Shown here one piece after another: positions 1 through 8,256 of a stretch of 64,000 bases of DNA. The stretch lies in IMG/VR virus record IMGVR_UViG_3300045960_000077, positions 47,422 through 111,421 of that record. One strand, written 5' to 3'. The notes under the pieces are model-generated. The model was not told the DNA's origin. It saw nothing but the letters and a program-made list of their open reading frames with translations, and ran no database searches. The DNA is from a virus. Its lineage: Duplodnaviria > Heunggongvirae > Uroviricota > Caudoviricetes. The translations under genes and the position numbers were made by a program. The number at the start of each line of letters is the position of its first letter. The first letter of the stretch is position 1.

Positions 1-2
1 AG

Positions 3-182
3 GCCGGGCTTGATGAAAAAGCATTGGATGATCTAGCTGATGGTGTTGCAGATACAGTGATTTATTTAATGCAATTATGTTCGCATGCAGGCATAGATTT
101 TGGTAAAGCTCTATTTGCCACAGCTGAGGAAGTTATGAAACGAGACTGGAAACAAAAGAAAACAGATGGGGTAAATAAATGA
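3..182 (+). CDS. MazG-like nucleoside triphosphate pyrophosphohydrolase, C-terminal fragment (5' end outside window)
   Basis: Frame-3 ORF running off the window start, translating AGLDEKALDDLADGVADTVIYLMQLCSHAGIDFGKALFATAEEVMKRDWKQKKTDGVNK*. Resembles the MazG C-terminal helix region. Its stop overlaps the nrdJ ATG (ATGA). Confidence 0.4.
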   Translation, partial: AGLDEKALDDLADGVADTVIYLMQLCSHAGIDFGKALFATAEEVMKRDWKQKKTDGVNK

Positions 183-2476
183 CCGAGCTTGAAATGAAGA
201 AAGCGCCAGAAATTCTGGCTGATTTTAATAAAGACATGTTTCTTGAAAAATACGCCGTTAAAGAGGCACCCCCATCAGACAATCCGATGGCAAAAGTCAG
301 AACGCTAGAAACTGAACCGTCTGAAGCATTTAAACGAGTCGCTAAAACATTAGCTGACGGATTTTCTAAAAATCTAAAAGAAGAAGGAAAACTGGCAGCT
401 GCCGATATTGAAGATGTATTTTATAGAGTCATGTCTGAACGTCGAGGTATTGTTGCTGGCCGGGCATTATTAGCTCTTGGCAATCCCTGTGTCAAATTGA
501 CTGCTCTCAATTGCTTTGTTGTGCCAATTGAAGATTCTATTGATTCTATTCTTGGTGACAGCTTTGAAGCAGCTTCAAAGATCCAGCAAGCAGGTGGAGG
601 ATTTGGAGCCAACTTTACGCCCATAAGACCAGAAGGTGCCTATGTAAAAGGTGTCAATTCAACAGCTTCAGGTCCTCTATCATTCATGCATACGTGGGAT
701 AGCATGATCGCTACGATGAAATCTGCAGGCAACCGCCGGGGAGCGGGAATTGCTATTCTCGACGTTAATCACCCAGATATTCTAGATTTTATTACAGCAA
801 AAAGAAATTCTGGTCTGACTAATTTCAACGTATCAATTGGTATTACAAACGACTTTATCGAAGCCTTAAAAGCCGATAAAGATTATGACCTCAAGCATGG
901 CGGTAAAATATATGGAAAACTCAGAGCAAGGGATGTATTCGACAAATTCGTCGACAACGCATATAATTATAACGAACCAGGTATCTTCTTCAAAGATCGA
1001 GTCAACGACGTCAGTAACACATACTATTACCAGAAAATTGAGAGCACTAATCCCTGCGGTGAGATCCCCTTACCGGCTTGGGGCTGTTGTGACCTGGGCA
1101 TGGTTATACTTCCCACTTTCGTACGAAACCCATTTATATCCCAGGAAATTGATATTGAAGGAATAAAAAACACCGTTAGAAGTCTAGTATTTATGCTTGA
1201 CACTGTTTTGGATGTCACTAACTATCCTGTTAAGAAAAATGAAAAAGTAGCTGTAGAAGATCGTAGAATTGGACTTGGCATTACTGGGCTAGCCGATATG
1301 CTAGCTATGTTGAAGATAAAGTATGATTCGGACGAGGCGATTTCATTTGTCGATGTTCTAATGCAGACCATTAGAAATGCCGCATATGACGCATCTGTGG
1401 AGTTGTCTAAACTAAAGGGTGCCTTTCCTAAGTTCGACCGGGACAAATTCTTGGCCGGGAAATTCATAAAAACATTGCCTGATTATATCATTGACGGTAT
1501 TTCTCAATACGGCATTAGAAACTGCTCAGTTCTCACGTGCCAACCAGCTGGTACAATTTCTCTACTTTTAAACAACGTGTCGTCGGGTATCGAACCAATT
1601 TTATCACTAAAGCAAAAGAGGAGAATGAGAGATGATCAAGGTAGCTACACACGACAACTTGATTTGCTTGACTATTCCTACAAATACTACAAGTCTGCAG
1701 GATTTGACAAAATCCACGGAGAAAAGCCAGGATTCTTTCAGACTATCAAAGACATCTCTCTTCAGGGCCACCTACGGATGCAGAATACCATCCAGAAGTA
1801 TGTCGATAATAGCATCTCAAAGACCATTAATTTCCCCGAAGGAACTGACTTCGATTCCTTCAAAAGATTCATGTTTAATGTCCTCACCTCTGATATGCTC
1901 ATTAAAGGACTTACAACGTATAGAGAAGGAACACTTCAATCTATTATAACCGACGATGATGACAGACCCGATGTCAAAGAAGAGGGTTATAGACGTAGAA
2001 GCTTCACATATCAAATTAAAAGAAGTTCTGGGCTACCATCGGCTCATGTTCATGTAACGTATAATAATAGTCAGGTTTCACAAGTCTTTGTAGTCTCTAG
2101 AGATGTTGATTTCTACAAGCAAATGCTGCCTTATTGCAGACTTCTTTCTATTATGTTCAACAAAGAGAAGAATCTAGAAAAGCTCCTTGAAATTCTACAA
2201 GAACTTGAAGATATGGACTTCGTTGAAGGGGATGAAAAGTTCACGTACAACGGGAAAACGTACGCACATTTCCTTTCAGCAATGAAAGAGTGTATTTGGG
2301 ATTGTCTAATTGAAATTGGTCTTATCAAAGATGAAGAGGATGATGAAGAAGAGATAGAAGTAGATGAATCTGAATGTCCCAATTGTCACGCTAAAAACTC
2401 TCTCGTGAAAGATGGAAAATGTTATATCTGTAATGTCTGCGGAAATTCTCCTCCTGGAAGTACTTGCAGCATATGA
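179..2476 (+). CDS. nrdJ: ribonucleotide reductase, class II (adenosylcobalamin-dependent, monomeric NrdJ-type)
   Basis: 765 aa with RNR catalytic motifs (NPCGEI, GIAILDVNHPDILDFI) and a C-terminal zinc-ribbon (CPNCH...CYICNVCG) typical of class II RNR. Confidence 0.8.
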   Translation: MTELEMKKAPEILADFNKDMFLEKYAVKEAPPSDNPMAKVRTLETEPSEAFKRVAKTLADGFSKNLKEEGKLAAADIEDVFYRVMSERRGIVAGRALLALGNPCVKLTALNCFVVPIEDSIDSILGDSFEAASKIQQAGGGFGANFTPIRPEGAYVKGVNSTASGPLSFMHTWDSMIATMKSAGNRRGAGIAILDVNHPDILDFITAKRNSGLTNFNVSIGITNDFIEALKADKDYDLKHGGKIYGKLRARDVFDKFVDNAYNYNEPGIFFKDRVNDVSNTYYYQKIESTNPCGEIPLPAWGCCDLGMVILPTFVRNPFISQEIDIEGIKNTVRSLVFMLDTVLDVTNYPVKKNEKVAVEDRRIGLGITGLADMLAMLKIKYDSDEAISFVDVLMQTIRNAAYDASVELSKLKGAFPKFDRDKFLAGKFIKTLPDYIIDGISQYGIRNCSVLTCQPAGTISLLLNNVSSGIEPILSLKQKRRMRDDQGSYTRQLDLLDYSYKYYKSAGFDKIHGEKPGFFQTIKDISLQGHLRMQNTIQKYVDNSISKTINFPEGTDFDSFKRFMFNVLTSDMLIKGLTTYREGTLQSIITDDDDRPDVKEEGYRRRSFTYQIKRSSGLPSAHVHVTYNNSQVSQVFVVSRDVDFYKQMLPYCRLLSIMFNKEKNLEKLLEILQELEDMDFVEGDEKFTYNGKTYAHFLSAMKECIWDCLIEIGLIKDEEDDEEEIEVDESECPNCHAKNSLVKDGKCYICNVCGNSPPGSTCSI

Positions 2477-2961
2477 TTAAAATAGCAGCGGGTATCTATC
2501 AGATAAAAAACGTCATTAATAATAAATGTTACGTCGGAAGCGCTGTTAATTTTCGGAGGAGGTGGTATAAGCATAAGCATGAATTAAACACCAAATGTCA
2601 TCATAGTCAAGCATTACAAAGAGCTTGGGATAAATATGGCGAGAATAATTTTCAATTTATTATTATAGAAGAAGTTCATGATAAAGCTGAATTAATAAAC
2701 AGAGAACAATATTATCTTGATACATTAAATCCTGAATATGTTATTTGCAAGACTGCGGGCAGTACGCTAGGAAAAACTCATTCCGAAGAAGCAAAGCAGC
2801 GAATGAGAAAACCTAGATCTGAAGAAACGAAACAGAAAATGAGAAAGCCTAAATCAGAAGAGCATAGACTTAATATGAGCAAAGCTTTCAAAGAAAAATT
2901 CAAAAATAAAGAAAATCACCCTTGGTTTGGTAGGCATCATAAAAAGGAGCAATATATATGA
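2464..2961 (+). CDS. GIY-YIG homing endonuclease with NUMOD3-like repeats
   Basis: N-terminal GIYQIKN...YVGSA...R..H motif (GIY-YIG) and repeated KQRMRKPRSEETKQKMRKPKSEEH DNA-binding repeats. Overlaps the nrdJ stop and the thyX start. Confidence 0.8.
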   Translation: MQHMIKIAAGIYQIKNVINNKCYVGSAVNFRRRWYKHKHELNTKCHHSQALQRAWDKYGENNFQFIIIEEVHDKAELINREQYYLDTLNPEYVICKTAGSTLGKTHSEEAKQRMRKPRSEETKQKMRKPKSEEHRLNMSKAFKEKFKNKENHPWFGRHHKKEQYI

Positions 2962-3617
2962 ACGTAGAAATAATAAGCTATACGCCAGAACCGGAATTAC
3001 TAATAGAAAAGGCGGCAAGAATATGTTACGATTCTTTCGGCAAAATGTCACCTCCAGAATCAACAGCCAGAATAATCGATCATCTTCTAAAATCTGGTCA
3101 TGAGTCTTGCCTGGAGCATGCTAGTGTCACTTTTCGGGTGGGTGGGGTTTCCAGAGCTCTTACTCATCAGCTGGTTAGGCATAGGCTTGCTAGTTACTCG
3201 CAAAGGAGCCAGCGGTACGTTAAAGAAGACTTCCAACAATATGTGACTCCACCAAGCATAAAAAACTTCGAAGAGGTTTGGTTACCAGATAACATCCGTA
3301 ACGCTGAAACTGGTGATAAAATAAAATCTAATCTAGCCGAAGAAATTTTTCTTGGAGCAATGTATAGTGCTTGGAATGCCTATAGAGAACTCCTCAAGTT
3401 AGGTATCAAAGGTGAAGATGCTAGATTCGTTCTACCAAATGCCTGTCAATCTGAAATTATCATCACCATGAACTTTAGAGAGCTTCGTCACTTCTTCAAA
3501 CTTAGGACCTCTAAGCATGCACAGTGGGAAATCCGAAATATGGCAAAAGAGATGTGGAATCAAGTAATGAAGATCGGTGCTGCCAATGTATTTGGTGACA
3601 TCGTATTCGAGGAGTAG
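2958..3617 (+). CDS. thyX: flavin-dependent thymidylate synthase ThyX
   Basis: ThyX signature RHRLASYSQRSQRY preceded by VTFRVGGVSRALTHQLV; 219 aa. Confidence 0.9.
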   Translation: MNVEIISYTPEPELLIEKAARICYDSFGKMSPPESTARIIDHLLKSGHESCLEHASVTFRVGGVSRALTHQLVRHRLASYSQRSQRYVKEDFQQYVTPPSIKNFEEVWLPDNIRNAETGDKIKSNLAEEIFLGAMYSAWNAYRELLKLGIKGEDARFVLPNACQSEIIITMNFRELRHFFKLRTSKHAQWEIRNMAKEMWNQVMKIGAANVFGDIVFEE

Positions 3618-3620
3618 AAT

Positions 3621-3926
3621 ATGAATCCATTTAAAGTAAGATTCTTTGACGATTATAGTGGATCAACACATATCGTGATTACGAAACTTATTGGTATGAA
3701 ACAGTACGTTGCTAAAGAGATAGCGCTGGAATTCGAAGAGATTCCAGAAGGTTCTTTCTTCAAAGCGCCTACATTAAGAATCAATTGGCACGATTCGAAA
3801 GACTTCATGGCTGCTCTCAAAGAGGCTCTTGACGGTGAGAAATTACCACCGAGTGCAATAGAGGGAGAACTAAAAGCCACCAAAGTGCATCTTGAAGACA
3901 TGAGAAAGCTGGTATTTGAGCCATGA
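3621..3926 (+). CDS. hypothetical protein
   Basis: 101-aa ORF translationally coupled between thyX and the dCMP deaminase gene. Confidence 0.4.
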   Translation: MNPFKVRFFDDYSGSTHIVITKLIGMKQYVAKEIALEFEEIPEGSFFKAPTLRINWHDSKDFMAALKEALDGEKLPPSAIEGELKATKVHLEDMRKLVFEP

Positions 3927-4390
3927 ATGTAGAGACGTACTCTATCAGTGAGATTTCAAAAAAGAATCTTCGATTCGTATACTTAGCAGAACACGTATCG
4001 GGATGGTCAAAAGATCCATCAACAAAAACTGGTTGCGTTATTGTCCGACCCGATTCAACTGTCGCTGCAGTAGGATATAATGGATTTCCAAGAACGATTA
4101 AAGACACTCCAGAACTTCTTAAAAATAGAGAAGAGAAATACAAAAGAACTATCCACTGTGAAATGAACGCTATCTTATCAGCAAGAGAACGCTTAGATGG
4201 ATATACGTTATATAATTGGCCTGGTCAGTCGTGTGAAAGATGTGCAGTCCATATAATCCAATCAGGAATTGCGAAAGTCATTTCACCGAAAATTTCAAAT
4301 GATTTTACTGAAAGATGGAAAGACCAAGCAAAACTCGCTGAAGAGCTTTTTATTGAAGCTGGAGTTGATGTAGTTTATATAAAGATGTGA
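3923..4390 (+). CDS. dCMP (deoxycytidylate) deaminase
   Basis: Zinc-binding deaminase motifs HCEMNAI ... PCERCA (HxE / PCxxC); 155 aa. Confidence 0.8.
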   Translation: MNVETYSISEISKKNLRFVYLAEHVSGWSKDPSTKTGCVIVRPDSTVAAVGYNGFPRTIKDTPELLKNREEKYKRTIHCEMNAILSARERLDGYTLYNWPGQSCERCAVHIIQSGIAKVISPKISNDFTERWKDQAKLAEELFIEAGVDVVYIKM

Positions 4391-4401
4391 AAGGATAATG
4401 C

Positions 4402-5037
4402 ATGTTGTATATTATTGAAGGTGCAAACTATGTGGGGAAAACGACGACTCTAGACATCCTAAAGAAAAAGAAGTCCTTCATTCACTTCTATCATCCGAGA
4501 TTCAATGATGCACAAAACTTCTCATTCAATTATAGAACTCCCTCGTCGCTTCACCCTCCCGCGATGGATGCGACCGTGCATATTCACAGAGACGTCGTCT
4601 ATCAGATCTCTCATATGACATGTCTCAAATATCTCGTCTCAGTCAAAGATAAAAAAGTTCTTCTAGACCGTTGTTTTTTGTCAGAAATGGTGTATAATGA
4701 ATTATATGACAAACAGATCTATCATGAATTCGTCAATGTTCTCAAGACTAATTTCGAATACAAGATCTTCCTCTTGACTGTAGGAGATGATGCTGCACTA
4801 GAAAAACGAATTACCGAGAGACTTAAGAAAGATCACGGAAAAGGATTTGGCATTCGAACAGATAAAGGATTTGTGCCAGAACCAGAGACAGTTGAAGAAA
4901 AGAGAAAAGCTCAACGAATCATTGAAAATCTCTATCGACATTTCATAAAAGAGTTTGAATTAAATTGTGAAGAAATAGACACGACGTATAAAACGCAAAG
5001 AGAAGTGGCCAAGATTATCACGGAGGCGAATGCATGA
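4402..5037 (+). CDS. P-loop deoxynucleoside monophosphate kinase-like protein
   Basis: N-terminal Walker A-like EGANYVGKTTT; its size and genomic context match phage dNMP kinases. Confidence 0.5.
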   Translation: MLYIIEGANYVGKTTTLDILKKKKSFIHFYHPRFNDAQNFSFNYRTPSSLHPPAMDATVHIHRDVVYQISHMTCLKYLVSVKDKKVLLDRCFLSEMVYNELYDKQIYHEFVNVLKTNFEYKIFLLTVGDDAALEKRITERLKKDHGKGFGIRTDKGFVPEPETVEEKRKAQRIIENLYRHFIKEFELNCEEIDTTYKTQREVAKIITEANA

Positions 5038-6167
5038 GTGATTATAATCCTATTATGAGCAAAGAAGATAAAGAAGCAGAAGATGCTGCCTATGAAAGAA
5101 TTAAGGCTAAATATAAAGAAGATATTGACAATATGAGAGAAGCAATGGGGACTTTGCCTTCGCAGGCTCCTAAAAAGACGTATAGTTGGAAAAATTCATT
5201 AGATTCGTTGTATGTCAAATTGAATGATTGGACCTTAAATCCATATCGTGCAATGGCATCAATGGCAGCAGCGACATGGGGAGACAATGAGAGTGGATCG
5301 ACTGGAAAATGGGAAAAGCTTACTCCTGAAAACCGATTTAGAATTGTACTCGCAATCCTTACCGGAAACACGCTTCCTCAAGCTTCGGAGGCTGTCCAAT
5401 TCACTTTCGAGGTTAATGGAACGCCACGCCATACTTTTGACCAACATGCCAGAGTCCGCCTCGGAACCGCTTTCGCCTCAATTGGAACAAGAGATAATAA
5501 CAAACTTGACGCAGATTTCCTACTTTATCCAGACGTATGTCGAAGAATGGAAGAAGACCCAGGATATGCTCTAGAGGTAGAACGATGGATTATAGCGACA
5601 AAGAACTTATACGAAAAAACAATATCATCAGGAACTGGGACTGGATCTTGGCAATCAGGTCGTGCTTTTCTGCCGATGAGTACGAATCATTCATACGTGT
5701 TCACACAGAACTATTTGGCACTAAAGGGTCAGTGCGCGAGAAGACTAATGGCATGCGAAGAAAGCTCTATCGTAGCACTGCATATCGCATTGAGGGAACT
5801 TGTTGGGAGAAAATTCCCATTGTTGGCAAACTACTTGCGGCCTGCTTGCGATGGCGCGAAGCGGTGTATTTATCACGAAGGGCCAGAGGGGATGACTAAA
5901 TACTTTAGTTCACTATTTGCCTGTTGCGGTAGATGGCCAACTAAAGAACAGTATTCAGAGTTTAATGTGAGCTGTTCTAGCTATGAAGAGCTTGCAGAAC
6001 ATGGATTTATTCTACCTGGTCCGACCGATTGGATCAAGTATGGTGAAAATGATTATGACAAGCTAGATCCTCGTGATAAGTTCTTCTTCGATGAAGAATA
6101 TGAGGGCGAAGATGTTCCTGTGTGGTTCCCTGAATCTGACGATAACGTATTCGACGCGAGGAAGTAA
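5034..6167 (+). CDS. divergent ThyX-like paralog (candidate pyrimidine-modifying enzyme)
   Basis: The segment FTFEVNGTPRHTFDQHARVRLGTAFASIGTRD aligns with ThyX VTFRVGGVSRALTHQLVRHRLASYSQRSQRY, but RHR becomes RVR and SQRY becomes GTRD. It carries N- and C-terminal extensions, giving 377 aa. Confidence 0.45.
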   Translation: MSDYNPIMSKEDKEAEDAAYERIKAKYKEDIDNMREAMGTLPSQAPKKTYSWKNSLDSLYVKLNDWTLNPYRAMASMAAATWGDNESGSTGKWEKLTPENRFRIVLAILTGNTLPQASEAVQFTFEVNGTPRHTFDQHARVRLGTAFASIGTRDNNKLDADFLLYPDVCRRMEEDPGYALEVERWIIATKNLYEKTISSGTGTGSWQSGRAFLPMSTNHSYVFTQNYLALKGQCARRLMACEESSIVALHIALRELVGRKFPLLANYLRPACDGAKRCIYHEGPEGMTKYFSSLFACCGRWPTKEQYSEFNVSCSSYEELAEHGFILPGPTDWIKYGENDYDKLDPRDKFFFDEEYEGEDVPVWFPESDDNVFDARK

Positions 6168-7123
6168 TGGGCAATCCTAACTATGATAACACAATCCTCG
6201 GATCGGGTATAGCTGGCTTAACTGTCTTTTATTATCTAGCTGAAAGCACAAGAACAAGAAACCTCGTAATAACTAACAATATCGCTAGTCAGACAAATAC
6301 AAAATTTCCGCTTGGACCCAGATTTCTACATCAGAGTAAAGATACAGAAGCACTGCTTCGTAGATTAGGGTTCTCCACCAAGACCAAAGAAATTTTCATA
6401 GGCTATAAATCAAGAGACGAGATAAGAAATTATGCATCAGATGATTTCAAAACACTGTATGTGATGAAATCACGAGGAACTACTAAAACTGAAGGGTCGT
6501 TTCTTTCAGGTGGTGGGAAATCAAGTTTTACAGCTTATGAAATCTCTCAGATAGCATTGGGTAAATCGCTATTGAATAAATGTCTAGAGATTGCTAGGGC
6601 ATCTGATCGCAATCATATCATCATAAACGATATTAAAAATATCAATCATAAGAAGATAGTAACGAATAAGAACGTTTATTATTCGGAAAATATAGTATCC
6701 ACCATTCCATTAGGGGCTTTGCTAAACGTCGTCTCAGACGGCTCAGTTCGTTTCAAACTATCGTCTTCTGGCGCAGAAGTCGTACACTTCTTTCTTACCT
6801 CGGATAAAGGCAAGGATGTATTCGACTATATCTATAGTGTCTCAGATTCATGGTACAGAAAAACATATGTTCCTGAATTCGATGCTTGGGTCTATGAAAC
6901 TCATAATGATGAAACATTTGAAGCCGAGTTTGGAAATAGAATTCTCGACAAAATCTCTGTCCGTTCTCAAATCACGCAAAGCATGAATCTCAAAGAATTG
7001 GGTGCAATTAAGCTTGTGGGTCGATATGCTCAGCTCAATCATTCAATCAAAACAGAAGACGTGATTCACTGGGCCCATAACTATACTAGAAAGTTCAATG
7101 GGAAAAAGAATGGGACTACTTAG
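6167..7123 (+). CDS. FAD/NAD(P)-binding oxidoreductase-like protein
   Basis: N-terminal dinucleotide-binding GxGxxG (ILGSGIAGLTVFYYLAE). Translationally coupled to the ThyX-like gene. Confidence 0.5.
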   Translation: MGNPNYDNTILGSGIAGLTVFYYLAESTRTRNLVITNNIASQTNTKFPLGPRFLHQSKDTEALLRRLGFSTKTKEIFIGYKSRDEIRNYASDDFKTLYVMKSRGTTKTEGSFLSGGGKSSFTAYEISQIALGKSLLNKCLEIARASDRNHIIINDIKNINHKKIVTNKNVYYSENIVSTIPLGALLNVVSDGSVRFKLSSSGAEVVHFFLTSDKGKDVFDYIYSVSDSWYRKTYVPEFDAWVYETHNDETFEAEFGNRILDKISVRSQITQSMNLKELGAIKLVGRYAQLNHSIKTEDVIHWAHNYTRKFNGKKNGTT

Positions 7124-7292
7124 TTTAACATGGGACTATGATTGCCCATGTCCCAAATGCGGATTTAAATTGATCGATGAATACGAACAGCTAGAGTTAC
7201 CTTTCAAAAGAAAAACTATTCATATAGATCTAGATGTTAGAAACCCAGAAAAACTTGATTTTATACGGAGAAATAATGAAAAAACTGTATGA
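7098..7292 (+). CDS. small hypothetical protein (Cys-pair CPCPKCG)
   Basis: 64-aa ORF overlapping its neighbours; weak support. Confidence 0.25.
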   Translation: MGKRMGLLSLTWDYDCPCPKCGFKLIDEYEQLELPFKRKTIHIDLDVRNPEKLDFIRRNNEKTV

Positions 7293-8256
7293 AGCTCAAA
7301 AAGAGTTCTTCGACAAGATAAACGCAGTCGAGTATGTTAATAAAACTCATGTCGATAGAATAAAAGACTATTGTCTCGGCATCAATAAGAACGTTACAGA
7401 TGTCATGAATACTCTTGACTGGGATCCGTCTAAAGAGCATAGAGCCAATTCACTTCTCCTTCAGAAGGTAGAAGCCACTGATGCCGTAGTTGACATTATA
7501 AAGTATGCCTTTAACATTTGCCATGAATTCGATATTGATTATGATACTTTAGTTCGCAAAATCAATATGAAAAATAAGACGATTGATCAAAAGTTCAATC
7601 AGCGTTTATTCATGGAAAGCTATAAATTTCAAAATTCTCATTATGCATTTATTATCGATATTGATGGTGTTTTGGCTGATATTGCATTAGCTTATAGAAC
7701 ATGGTTCGGGAATAAAATAGGCCTTGGAATATTTGAAACGTATCAATCTTTTCGTGATTGGAGCATTCGGAATATTGATAGGTATAGAGAACTAAAAGAA
7801 GAATATCGGCTGTCTGGTTATAAGATGATTATGCCTGCAGTTGATAATGCTAGAGACCTCCTTAGAGAATGCCACAAGAGAGGAATCGTATCTCTACTCA
7901 CGAATAGACCAGTCAAATCCTACCCTATTCTGTATATGTATACTGTCGAATGGCTATTCAATAGAGGTATGAGTCAGTGGGTTGACATGATTCATTTTAC
8001 CGATCTAGGCGAGAAAAAGTACTTTTTTGACCGATTTGCCGATAAAGAGGTTTACTTTATCGAAGATAATTGGTATAATGTAGTTAATACGATAGAACGA
8101 CCGAATGTATGCAACATTTATGTGAATAATGATACTAATAAAGATAAGCCGATCGACACAGAGTATATAAGCAAAACTGTAGACAACCTACAGGAAGCTA
8201 TCTCGTTTATAAAGGACTGCACAGATGATCAAAACGATAACGATTGCGGGAGTTAA
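7234..8256 (+). CDS. HAD-superfamily hydrolase (putative 5'-nucleotidase/deoxyribonucleotidase) with N-terminal extension
   Basis: HAD motif I (IIDIDGVLADIA) in the C-terminal half; nucleotide-metabolism context. Confidence 0.5.
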   Translation: MLETQKNLILYGEIMKKLYEAQKEFFDKINAVEYVNKTHVDRIKDYCLGINKNVTDVMNTLDWDPSKEHRANSLLLQKVEATDAVVDIIKYAFNICHEFDIDYDTLVRKINMKNKTIDQKFNQRLFMESYKFQNSHYAFIIDIDGVLADIALAYRTWFGNKIGLGIFETYQSFRDWSIRNIDRYRELKEEYRLSGYKMIMPAVDNARDLLRECHKRGIVSLLTNRPVKSYPILYMYTVEWLFNRGMSQWVDMIHFTDLGEKKYFFDRFADKEVYFIEDNWYNVVNTIERPNVCNIYVNNDTNKDKPIDTEYISKTVDNLQEAISFIKDCTDDQNDNDCGS

